DNA of 64,000 nucleotides from NCBI RefSeq assembly GCF_018350175.1, contig NC_058368.1, positions 200,758,001 to 200,822,000 on the forward strand, written 5' to 3'. This DNA is from Felis catus. Lineage: Eukaryota. Under the pieces are notes generated by a model. That model saw nothing but the letters and a program-made list of their open reading frames with translations. It was not told where the DNA came from and made no database searches. Position 1 is the first letter of the stretch, and the number at the start of each line of letters is the position of its first letter. Shown in pieces: positions 1 through 11,599 of this stretch. A program made the translations under genes and the position numbers.

Positions 1-513
1 ATTAAATGCATTTTTTTCACAAAAGATATTTTTTATTAGAAAAAAACTATATTGATTACATAATGGAGAAAATAAATGCTCTTGATTCTAAAAGCACCAT
101 TTGAGACATATGATCATTTCTAAGAAGCAAATGTGTAGAAATTAACAGAACACAAGGTCATACTCATGTATTGAGTATTAATTTAGTAAAACATATGCAC
201 ATCCATCACTTTACAAATATAAAATGACAAAGAAAAACAAATACAACTTCATTCTGGAATAACACTTTTTTTGAAATAAGACACTCTATTCTGGTTTTCA
301 GTACATCTTTTCTGTTTTCTTCATGAATTTTGAACCATTGCACATCTGATTTTCTTGAGTTTTATGGGTTTTCTAAAATTATGGCGAGGTTTTCTTATTT
401 AAATAGCACTATTATTTTAAAATCAGTATCAGAGACAAATTTCACATGGAGTGTCTCCATTAAAAAATGTTGGCTAGTCTGCATAAGAAACATCAGTACC
501 TATATAGATTTCC

Positions 514-556
<43 letters not shown>

Positions 557-578
557 TTATTTATGTATTTATTTATTT
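514..578. repeat. (TTTA)n microsatellite
   Basis: Direct reading of the tandem TTTA run with a degenerate end. Confidence 0.95.
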
Positions 579-931
579 TCTTAAGTGAAAAAACTCGGGA
601 TGGACCCACTTAAAAACTTGGTGTGTTCTCAATGCCAAGAGTATTAGATTTATTAAAATCTTATGTGTATAATTTTCATAAGAATTACTTTGAAATTCCT
701 TAAGAATATAGGAAATGAGTCATTCAAAAATATTTTACTTTCCGAAGAAATTTTTGATTATAAGAAATTAGCCATTTTATTTTATTGGACTATGCAGGTG
801 GTAGAACAGTTTTATACCAGCTACTTATTCCCCCTCTGATTCTGTTGACTTATATCTTCTCTACTAAACTGGTTGTATTAACTTTGCATTTCTGAGAAAA
901 ATATGGATTTCAAGTCCATAAAATGGAAAAT

Positions 932-968
932 CACACACATGTGCACACACACACACACACACAGACAC
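932..968. repeat. (CA)n microsatellite
   Basis: Direct reading. Confidence 0.95.
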
Positions 969-1449
969 CTACCTCACTCTAAAATGTATTAAATGTGTTA
1001 TAAATAGCATGCAGAGTAATACTGTTGTGTAATGCCATGACATGTTAACTCTTCTTTTGTGTTGGAAGTCATGGAGTAGTAGGTGTTATCTTCTAAATCC
1101 CATTAATAGCAGTTATAATATAGAGACATGACAATAGGATAAAAGTCACCTGGGATTCTGTAATGCACAATTGAAATGGGTACATTGAAGATAAAACATT
1201 AAGCTTACTTGGGAGTTTTTGTTTTTCATCATTTATTTTCCATGTCCTCATTTTAGCTATCTCCCAAGTAGAGATACTTTGGGATTTGATTGTGTTTATT
1301 AAAAACTTTGCATGATTAACCATCTGAGTTTTATATGGTGACCTCACAAAGCAGCTTAAAAATAATTTGGCTGTCTAGTTTATTTTTCTTCCTTTTTATT
1401 ATTATTTTTTTGATAGAGATATTTTCTTTATTTTTTCCTCCATTTACAG

Positions 1450-1532
1450 GTGCAGAATTAAAGAACACGTTCGCTCACTATATTATTGATGCACTTAAGT
1501 GGAGTGTTCCAAAGCATGTAATTACCGTGTAG
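1450..1532 (+). other. Candidate spliced (possibly terminal) exon of an unidentified host gene
   Basis: Long polypyrimidine tract ending ...ttttttcctccatttacAG at 1448-1449, followed by unique sequence with retained CpGs. Reading frames give xCRIKEHVRSLYY* (stop 1487-1489) or xAELKNTFAHYIIDALKWSVPKHVITV* (stop 1530-1532). The gene is not recognised. Confidence 0.35.
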
Positions 1533-2360
1533 GCTTATGGCCCTGAAGTAGCCGGGGATAGTGGTGCTGCATATCCATGATTTGAAGGACATACAGTGAT
1601 GATTATAGAGGCAGTACTCTACATCCATTCTAGCCCTTTTGTGTTTAGCTGGTTGTCATGGCAAATAATTGGATAGAATTTAAGCCACTTTCTTCCAAGT
1701 GGGAAATTCATAATTTTACCCTTCACCTAATTTTGTAGATACTTTTAAAGAATCTCAAAGTTTCTACAGGAATGACGTCGATCAGTGTGGGAAAAATTTT
1801 CACATACAGCGGACACCTCAGAAATTAGACATCTACTGTTTTGGGGGGTAAAGAAGTCAGTTTTCATTTGCATCAGTTTGCTTCCTTTTCTTATAACTAA
1901 GCTAGTTACTTTGAGCTTCTTTGACAAAATAAGCCCGATGTAGTTGACGTTGACAGCTTCTGAGAGAAATAGAAAAAATGGTAAAAAAAAAATTGAAATA
2001 TTATTAAATTCTAGCTAAAAGACACTCTTCCTAGAGTGAGATCTGGGAAAGGCATAAGAGCCTTTTCAAAACAGCTGAGGGAGGAGATTGTAAATAGAAA
2101 TGATTTAAGTTAATAGCGTGATAGGGTTGCCCTGTGATGGAGAGTCAGGGTTAATTGACACAAAGGATAGGTAAGTCAAATAATAATGATGTATTTCTTC
2201 CATTTCACTATTTTTTATCTTAGTTGTAGAATATTGAAATGTATATTTATTATATTGTATCTTTTGAATTATAAAACATGGTTATACAAAACTTAGAAAA
2301 TTTAGAATTGAAGGATATTGGTTGTCATCTAGCTCAATTATTCCCTGAGAGGTACTAATT

Positions 2361-2495
2361 ATTCAGTCAATCTTTATTTAATGAGCACCTATTTGGTGCC
2401 TTCTGTTGGCCATTGAGAATAATTAATAAATCCATTTTAAAACCAACAAGTAAATAAAAACATTCCTGCCCTCAAGATGTTTACATTCTAGAAAG
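2361..2495 (-). mobile_element. L2 LINE 3' end fragment
   Basis: attcagtcaa..tttaatgagcacctatttggtgcc..cctgccctcaagatgtttacattctag resembles the antisense L2 tail. Confidence 0.6.
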
Positions 2496-2902
2496 GATTT
2501 CAAACTATGAAAGATGATGCCTAAGAGAATTGGAGCCACTTTTTTATACAAATGATTATTTGTACACCACACTGGAATCCAATTCTGAGTTCCCAACACT
2601 GGCCCCAAGGTCAAAATTCTTACTGTTTCATTGCAGTGTTCCATAAGCGTCCTTATATTTCACAGTACAGAAATGCTAGATTGCATAGTGGAAAGTACAC
2701 ATAGAAATAGTGTAGAATCCTGGAGGATATGATGTGCTCCTTTAAGAGTAGAACTCCTGTTTTTGCTCAGAATCATTTACTTCTTAGTCGAGGTAAAAGG
2801 AATTTAATAAGGAATTGAGAAAATGTATAAACAAAATGGAAGAAAGGCATAACAGTGAGGAAAGATGAGACAGTAATGAAGAAAAGAAACGACTTTTCAA
2901 TT

Positions 2903-5319
2903 TGGGCATAATTGGAGATATTGCAGGCTTGGTTCCAGACCATTGTAATAAAGTGAATACCACAATAAAGTGAGTCCAATGATTTTTTTGGTTTACCAGT
3001 GCACATAAAAGTTATATTTATACTGTAGTTTTTAAGTGTGCATTATATCTAAAAAAATATATGTATATACCAACTTAAAAATACTTTATTGCTAAAACGT
3101 GTTAACCATCAGCTGAACTTTCGGTGAGTCATACTCATTTTGCTGGCAGAGGGTCTTGCCTTGATATTGATGGCTGCTGACTGATCAGGGTGATAGATCC
3201 TGAAGGCTAGGGTGGCTGTGGCAATTGTTTAAAATATGACAGCAATGAAGTTCACCATATCTATTGATTCTTCGTTTCATGAATGATTTCTCTGCAGCAT
3301 GTGATGCTGTTTGATAGCATTTACCCATGGTAGAACTTCTTTAAAAATTGGAGTCAATCTTCTCAAATTCTGCTGCTAATGTATCAACTAAGTTTATGTA
3401 ATATTCTAAATGCTTTGCTGTCATTTCAACAACGTTCACAACATACTTAACAGAAGTAGATTCCATTTCAAGAAACTACTTTCTTTGCTCATCCGTGAGA
3501 AGCAACTCTTATCTGCTAAAGTTTTATCAACTCCTATCTGCTGAAGTTTTAACTCACCATTTAGTTAGTGAATGCTAAAGAGTTGGCCATTCACTAACAT
3601 CTTTAAGCTCAACTTCTAATTCTAGTTCTCTTGCTATTTTGCTATTTCTGCCACATCTGCAGCTTTTTCTGTTGAAGTCTTGAACCCCTCAAAATCATCC
3701 ATGAAGGTTGGACTCAACTTCTTCCAGACTTTTCATGTTAATATTTTGACCTCTTCCAATGAACCATGAATTTTCTTCAGGGCATCTAGAATGGTAAATC
3801 CTTCTAGAAGGTTTTCAATTGACTTTGCCCAGATCTGTCAGAGGAATCACTATCTGTAGCTTACGGAATGTATTTCTTCAATAATAAGACTTAGAATTTG
3901 AAATTACTCCTTGATCCATGGGCTGCAGAATGGATGTTGTGTTAGCAGGCATGAAAATGTTAATATCGCTGTACATGTCCATCAGAGCTTTTGGATGACC
4001 AGGTGCATTGTCAATGAGCAGTAATATTTTGAAAAGAATCTTTCTGAAGAGTAGTTCTCAACAGTGGACTTAAAAACTTCAATAAACCATGCAAACAGAT
4101 TGCTGTCATCCAGGCTTTGTTGTTCCACTTACAAAACATAGACACAGTAAATTTTGCATAATTCTTAAGGGCCCTAGGATTTTTAGATGGTAAATGAGCA
4201 GTGGCTTTACTTAAAGTCACCAGCTGCTTTAGCCCCTAGCAAGAGGATCAACTTGTCCTTTGAAGTTTTAAAGCCAGGTATTGACTTCTTGCTAGCTATA
4301 AAAGTCCTAGATGCCATCTTCTTCCAGTAGATGACTATTTCATCTATACTGAAAATCTGTTGTTTAGTTTAACCATCTTCATTAATTAACTTTGCTACAT
4401 CTTCTCGATAACTTGCTTCAGATTCCACAACAGCACGTGCTGCTTCACCTTGCACTTTTAAGTTATGGAGATGACTTCTTTCCTTAAACCTCAGGAACCG
4501 ACCTCTGTTCATTTCAAACTTTTGTTTTGCTAGTTCCTCTCCTCACCTCTCTCAACCTTCACACAATTAAAAAGGGTCAGGGCCTTACTATGAATTAGGC
4601 TTTGGCTTAAGAGAATGTTGTGACTGGCTTGATCTCTATCCAGACCACTAAAACTTTCTCCATATCAGCAATAAGGCTGTTTTGCTTTCTTATCATTTGT
4701 GTGTTTACTGGAGTAGCACTTTTAATTTCCTTCAAGAACTTTTCCTTTGCATTTACAACTTGACTGTTTGGCACAAAAGGCCTAGCATTCAGCCTATCTC
4801 AGATTTCCACATGCCTTTCTCACTAAACTGAACCATTTCTAGCTTTTGATTTAAATTGAGAAATATGTGACTATTTCTTTCACTTGAACACTTAGAGCCC
4901 ATTGTAGGGTTATTAACAGGCCTAGTTTCAATATTGTTTTGTCTCAGAGAATAGGGAGGCTCAGGAGAGAGACAGAACAGTCAGTTGGTAAAGCAATCAG
5001 AACACAGACATTTATCAATTAAACCTTATATGGGCACAGTTCATAGTGCCTCAAAGCAATTATAAGAGGAACATCAAACATCATTGGTCACAGATCACCA
5101 TGGCAAACATAATGACAATGAAATATTATTTAATTATTGAATTATAATGAAATATTAAGAATTACCAAAATGTGACATAGAGACATGAAGTGAGCAAATG
5201 TTTTTTGGAAAAATGGTGCTGATTGACTTGCTTGACACAGGGTTCCCACAAACCTTCAATTTGTAAAAAACACAATGTCTATGAAGTGCAAGAACGTGCA
5301 ATAAATCAAACTATGCCCG
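2903..5319 (-). mobile_element. Tigger1 (TcMar-Tigger) DNA transposon, essentially full length, with decayed transposase
   Basis: Both termini are present (tgggcata..ggagatattgc on the left; ctatgcccg followed by TA on the right), spanning about 2.42 kb. The transposase ATG is at 4902 (-) (MGSKCSSER...). The ORF 4011-4220 fragment KNPRALKNYAK...KWNNKAWMTA is pogo/Tigger DDE domain. Many stops and frameshifts. Confidence 0.93.
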
Positions 5320-6055
5320 TATTTGAACACCTACCTTGTATCTGTAAATGTGAATTAAAGTTTTGACTTCTCCCATGTCTCACAAAAATTATTTATTCAT
5401 CTTCAGAACACCAATGTGGAATAGTAACTAACTTTCACAAATGTCTAATGTCAATCATGCTATGATGTGTATGTGGGGGGGGGGGGGTGGTGAAGACCAA
5501 CACCTTTCAAAGCAGAACTAAAATTAAATCCCAGAAGTTCCATGTCAGCCTAAAGGTAACACACCAGATCATTACCACAAAGGAAGTTTTATTTTAAAGT
5601 GACTAAAAGTCAGACTTACTCTGCAAATCCTAACGAGAACAGATACCAGTGTGTACCTTGTGCAGCATGGTATAATTGTTGCAAATTTCTGCAGACTAGG
5701 AAATCTTTCTTTCTCCAGGTTGTTAGTTATTTTTAGTCATCGTAATGTAAGGTGTTCCTTATTTCCTCATCAGTGTTTTGAATTTCTATTTTCTCTGACT
5801 CAGGTATTATGAAGAAAAAAAATGCAGCATATCCACTATGTAGCTCTTTGGGATCCACTAAAATAAAAGCAAGGTATAATCAATAAGTATAATGTTTACA
5901 TTAAATGTTCTAAGAAAGAGCAGAACTATGAAGCAGCTCACAAAAAAGTTGAGAAAAGGAAACCAAAGTCCCTATGATAGACACATAAAATATATTTCCA
6001 ACAGAAAAATAGAAAACTTATGCAAAGTCTGCTTTGCAAAGGTCTAGAGATTTTC

Positions 6056-6126
6056 CTTTTTTAATTTTTTTTATTTTAGAGAGAGAAAAGAGGGAAGGGG
6101 GCAGAGAGAGGGGAACAGGGAAGACG

Positions 6127-6164
<38 letters not shown>

Positions 6165-6287
6165 CCTAAGCAGGCTCCAATCCAAGCACAGTAGCCCAAC
6201 ATGGGGTTTGATCCTATGACCCTGGGATCATAACCTGAGCTGAAATCAAAAGTCAGACACTCACTCAACTCAGCCACCCAGGCGCCC
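6056..6287 (-). mobile_element. Can-SINE (tRNA-derived carnivore SINE)
   Basis: tRNA-like head, (CT)n tract and A-tail on the minus strand; 17-bp TSD aaggtctagagattttc at 6039-6055 and 6288-6304. Confidence 0.95.
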
Positions 6288-6419
6288 AAGGTCTAGAGAT
6301 TTTCTGATGGAGAAGATTCTTCCCAGGGCAACTGAAGGTACATGAAGGAAATTAAATGTTTTTTATTTAGTACAATTACTGATAAGATGGAATTTTTACA
6401 TGTGTTATTTCAATGTTTT

Positions 6420-7430
6420 TATGTGCCTTATTATTTTATTCCTCTATTTCTCCACTGCTTCATTTTTTTATGTTGAATAGATGCTTTCTAATGCACCATT
6501 TAATTTCCTTATCATATTTTCCTTATAATTTGTTTTTAGTTATTTCATACTGGTTGCAATGACGATTAACAACTTATAGCAATTTAGTTCTGATTACTAC
6601 CAGCTTAACTTTAATACGATACAAAACCATTGGTCCTATATTGTTCTATTTGCTTCTCCCTTCTTTATTCTGTTATTGTCATACAAATTACATCTTTATA
6701 TATTGTGTATGCACAAAAACAGGTTTTTAAGTATTACTTTGTGCAGTTGTCTTTTAAATCAGGAGGGGGAAAAATCCAGCTACAAAAAAAGCACTGTGTA
6801 CTATTTGTTATAATTCCCTGTGTAGTTCCCTTTTCGAGTGATTTTTATTTCTTTGGGTGTTCAAGTTATTGTCTAATGTTATTTCATTCCGGCCTCAACA
6901 ACTCACTTTAATATTTCTAGTAGCACAGGTTTGCTAACAATGACTTCTCTATTTTTCTGTTTTTGTTTTGTTTTGTTTTTTTATATCAATGTCTTATTTT
7001 TTCCTTCCTATTTAGAGGATAGTTTTGCTGGCATAGAAAGCTTCTTTGGCAGTTTTTAGCTTTTAACACTTTGATAATGTCATCTCCCTGCCTTCTGACT
7101 CCCATGGTTTCTGATGAGAAATTAACTGTTAATCTTCCTGAAGATTCCTTGTAAGTTCTGAATTCCTTCTCACTTGCAGGTTCAAGATTGTCTCTTTGGC
7201 TTTCAACCATTTGATTATGATGCGTCTATGTGTCAATCTTTTTGAGTACAGAATTCACTGAGATTTTTAGATGTGTAAATTAATGTTTTCTATCAAATTT
7301 AGGAACATTTCAACAATTATTTCTTAAAATATTTTTTTGTGTTTTTCTCCATTTTTGAGGACTCACGTCATGTTTCCAGATATATTCAGTGGTGTATCCC
7401 ATGTCTCTGAGACAATGTTCATTTTCCTTT
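6420..7430 (-). mobile_element. Ancient L1 (L1M-type) ORF1/inter-ORF fragment
   Basis: ORF 6986-7210 reads RLTVNFSSETMGVRRQGDDIIKVLKAKNCQ, a decayed L1 ORF1p C-terminal motif (RLTADFSxETxxARRQWxxIFKVLKEKNCQ). Left boundary approximate. Confidence 0.8.
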
Positions 7431-7435
7431 CTTTT

Positions 7436-8507
7436 GGAAATACAGTGGGTGAGCCCCCATGTCCAGGAGTCCCTGAAGTGTCTTTTTTCCACCCTCTAAC
7501 CATTTTATTCACTCACATTTCTATAGGCTTTTATTGCCAGTTGGGAGTCTGGCCAAGGGACCCAGACCCTTTGATCAGTCTTTGTTTTAAATACATCAGG
7601 CGACCATTGTTCCAAGTGATCGTAGGTCATGCTTCTCATCATCTTTGCCTTACATCTTTTTAAATTACTTCGATAAATAAAGCAGATTTGTTTGACTTCT
7701 GTGAAGCTCTTTAATGTTAGTCCTTCAGTGTTCAGATGGCAGGGGCTTCCACTGATCCACCCAACTTTGGAGAGTGCCGGATTAGCACCTTTCTTGGGAT
7801 CCCATCAATGTCTGCTTTATTCATCTCATTTCTTCATAACTATTTAAAGATTTCCACCTTGTTGGAATGAGTCCCTTGACTCTCTTCTTTTTCTTTCCTC
7901 TTTGTTTTGCCTATTCTCTTATGAATCATTCTATCCTTTATTGCTATATATTTTTTGGAATAATATTTCCCTTTGGAAGTAGCTCTGAGACTTCAATTAA
8001 GGTCCACCCCAGTGTTTTCTTTGCTTTTATTTTAACTTTACCATTTGTTCAGGGCCCTGAGACTCGAGACTATAACTCAGTCTGGTCAGGATCCAAGTTT
8101 GGTCCAGCATCATTTTTTTATTTTTTATTTTAACTTTACCCATTAATATGTGACTGAGGATGGAAGCTATAACTTCAATGAACCAGAATCCAAATTTGGC
8201 CCAACATTCTCCCTTCTTCTCATTTTAGCTATTACAGATATCAACAACAAGTGATTGTATATTTAACTCATATCTTCTTTCCTTGGATTCCCTTATGTAT
8301 CTGGTGAACCAACTTTTCAGGAGATGGATCCATCATTTCTAAATTCCAGTGGTATCTTTTACTTCCATTAACTGATCAAAACACAGCTGCAATTTTATTA
8401 GATGGGTGACCCTATGACCATTCAAAGTTTCCTCATCTCCTACACTATTATGCATTCTCTCTCTAAACAACATGTTTTGGTGAATCAAGATCATTCTAGG
8501 GAACTTC
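7436..8507 (-). mobile_element. ERVL-class (MER21-type) internal region with gag-like and protease remnants, 3'-truncated
   Basis: Lies directly downstream of the LTR on the minus strand. Gag-like remnant GHPSNKIAAVF...WNLEMMDPSPEKLVH near 8290-8420, and retroviral protease motif GLLDMGA (from LLDTGA by CpG decay) at 7452-7472. Confidence 0.65.
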
Positions 8508-9116
8508 CAATTCTGTTAGCAAATACCCAGAGTCAGACTGCAAAGTTTGAGAGAAAAGTTCTTCAGACTACCAAATCTTCCCAAGACTTCTGACACTGAA
8601 AGAAGGTTGGGGGGGGGGGTGGTGACTCCAAAATCACCTTAAATTTTGATGATTGTTAGAATACTTCACAGAATTCACTAAATCAACCAAAGGAAAAGAT
8701 GTATAGGGCAGAGTCTAGGAGGATTCCAAACATGAAACTTTGTTGTTGCCCAGACATATTGTCTTCCTGGCATTGATGTGTGACAATACACATGAAATAT
8801 TGCCAGCTAAAGAAGTTTACCAGAGATTTATTGTCCAGAATTTTTATTGTACCTTCATTGTATATACATGACTGATTGATTGATTGCCACTTGATTGAAC
8901 TCAGTATCCAGGTCAACTGAGATCATGTGACTTCAGCCTTCCTCCCTTGATCACGTGGTTGGGTTTCTGCTGTGGCCAGCTTCACCCTAAGATCTGGTGT
9001 GGCCAGCCTCTGCTCTAAACAAGACACTCCTATCAGGTGTGACATTGATTACCTCCCAGAAGTTGAGGGCAAAGGCCAGACCTCTCTTTGGACAAGGTCA
9101 AATTCTTTACTACACA
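8508..9116 (-). mobile_element. MER21-type LTR (ERVL)
   Basis: Minus strand begins TGTGTAGTAAAGAATTTGACCTTGTCCAAAGAGAGGTCTGGCCTTTGCCCTC, matching the recalled MER21C 5' end. Confidence 0.8.
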
Positions 9117-9465
9117 TACTTGACCGGTCAAATGATGACAATTCTCTGGGAATGAGGTTTAAAGAAGCTCCAACCTGATTCTGTGCTCTCTGGTGGCTCC
9201 CACGTTGCTGGTTTTCTGGCTGTGAATTTCTAAGCCCACACTCCAGAACTGACGTGGGGAATGGGAATGGGTCAAGATAAAATGCCGCAACGCTCACTGC
9301 TCTTACAAAGATTCAGCCATTTATTTTTAATATATAATCCCTGGACTGCTGCAAACATTTGATTAGTTTCCAGAGTATTGAAAAAGTTGATTCTGACAAT
9401 CTCACCAGTTTTCATTGCTTTTATGGAGGAGGGAATTCTTGGAGGTCCTTACTCTACCATTCACT
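9117..9465 (-). mobile_element. Ancient L1 5' region, probable continuation of the 6420-7430 element
   Basis: Antisense L1M 5'-region-like sequence (ttagtttccagagtattgaaaaagttgattctgacaat...ggaggtccttactctaccat). Confidence 0.55.
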
Positions 9466-9478
9466 GATGTTACTTCCT

Positions 9479-9683
9479 CAGCCTGCTTTTCTGAATAACA
9501 TTTTATTGGAACACAGCCATTCTCATCTGTTTACATATTGTCTATGGCTGCTTTCCCACAGCAATGACAGGATTTAATAGTTGTAAGAGAGACCAGCTCA
9601 CCCACAACCCTAAAAAAAAAAAAAAAAAACAACCTAAAATACTTACTATATGGCCCTTTATAGAACATTTTGGCCAACCTCTG
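9479..9683 (+). mobile_element. MER58A-like hAT-Charlie MITE
   Basis: ttttattggaacacagcca...tattgtctatggctgcttt...tggccctttatagaa...gccaacctctg terminal end. Confidence 0.85.
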
Positions 9684-10052
9684 CTCTAATGTATAAACAT
9701 CTCTCTCACTCTCTCTTCCTGTCTCTCTACACATCTCTCTCTCTCTTTTCCTTTCTCTTTCTCTCTTTTTGTTAAAAGAAGACCATCTGGACTATAAAAT
9801 TCTTTTCTAAGCTGCTCCTCACTGTTCTGGAAGCACAGTGATTTATGGCATCAGTAGAAAAGGGGAAGAAATAGTTAAAATAAAAGCTGTATCAAATCAT
9901 ACAGGACAAAGCCTCATTGAAAATCTGGCCATTGGCTTCTTTTTCTTGTTGATTTTTCCATACACAGTTTTGTCAGTTTTGCAACAGAAAGGTGACAGAC
10001 AATCCTTTTCCCCTCAACTGCATAAGGTTAATAAAATTAAAATAAACATCTT

Positions 10053-10263
10053 TTTCAAAAATTTTTAAAATGTGTCTTTATTTTTGAGAGCAAGAGACAG
10101 AGAGTGAGAAGGGGAGGGGCAGAGTGAGAGGACGACACAGGATCCCAAGCAGGCTCCAGGCTCCAAGTTTTCAGCACAGAGCCTGATGCAGGGCTCAAAC
10201 CCACAAACCTTGAGATCGTGACCTGAGCCAAACATTTAGCTCACTGAGTCATCCAGATGCCCC
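10053..10263 (-). mobile_element. Can-SINE
   Basis: TSD aaaataaacatctt at 10039-10052 and 10264-10277. Confidence 0.95.
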
Positions 10264-11599
10264 AAAATAAACATCTTAAATACTATTTTCTACCTAAGAA
10301 AAAGCTATTTTTATGTGATTCAACACCGTCGATCTTATCACTTACTTTTACACATTTAATATTTTGTTTGAGTAAAACTTTGAGAAAAGTAATCTATTTA
10401 ATTAACCAGGATTCCTTTCTATGCTCATCACTGCTCAGTTATTTGAATAAAGGTTCTTTAGCTTCTCTTCTCAGCATGCCAGTTTCCTCGGCCATGGTGA
10501 GCACACATACCCAACCGATCATAAGATTCACTGAACTTCTGTTAATCTTCCTAATCAAGAAACAAACCATATCTTAGCAAAGAATAGTAAATTAGAAATT
10601 TGTAAAAGGTAAAAATAAACTCAGGTATGGTGGGTTTGGATTACTGGACAAGATTTCATGTGTAAAAATATGAGTTTGCTATGAGTTTGCCTCTAAAATT
10701 AACAGGGTCTGCAACTTGTGTATGATGGAGTCTTATTACTTACTGAATAGAGAGCAGGTATTGCCTTTGAAGTTCTATTAGAATAAATTTAATTATAAAA
10801 CAAAATAATATGAACTGAGATTTGACTTATATACACAAATTATATATCTCTGTTTACATGGCAGGTATATTAAATGTGTTGTTTCTTACAGTGGAAAAAA
10901 TAGATAATTTTAAAATATATTAGCAAGTGAAGGAATGATTTACTCTTCCCTAAACTTTTCTACCAGAGAAATAGCAACATTTAAAAGTTTAGAAAATACA
11001 ATTTTACTGGAAAAAGAAATAAATTCAGTGTGTGAGAGGTGTCTGGGGGGCCAGGGATCATAAGGGTATTGGAAAGACTGCTAATATTGATGATTACCGA
11101 CAGTTATGTACATTTCTACATGTGTTTATGACCTTATCTTCCGGTGACCAAAACCTCTTGGTCCCCTTTATACTGGGCCTTTCTAATGTAGATGCAAGCA
11201 GGGATCAACCACACATGCCTTTTGCCTTCGAGTGGCAAGGAAATATTTTAACCAAATTGTAATCCTTTGTTTCTTTCCCACTCTTCTATGCTTACCTAGG
11301 CCTAAAAATTAGCACCCCGTACCACAATTTAGAAATACATGCACACTGTCGAATTCTGGGATTTCAGAGCAGAATAAATGAAGTTTGCTTAGTTGGCATA
11401 CCCCCACCTCTGGGCTACTATCCCTTCCTTTGCTTGCCTCCAACAGCTGAGGTAATTATAAGTTTACTCTATTTTATCACTTGACTGTATCTGTCAAAAT
11501 GTTGTTTTAAAAAGTATAGGCCTGCTGCTTTTAAGTCTTTCTGCATCCCAGTCAAGGCCTTTGTGCAGAAAATGTTACAGTTGTGCCTTTTTTCCTCGC

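Noticed and set aside
1596..1700. C/D snoRNA suggested by a GTGATGA box C
   Set aside because: No CTGA box D or terminal stem at a suitable distance.
2903..5319. Domesticated TIGD-type transposase gene
   Set aside because: The ORF is broken into short pieces by stops and frameshifts.
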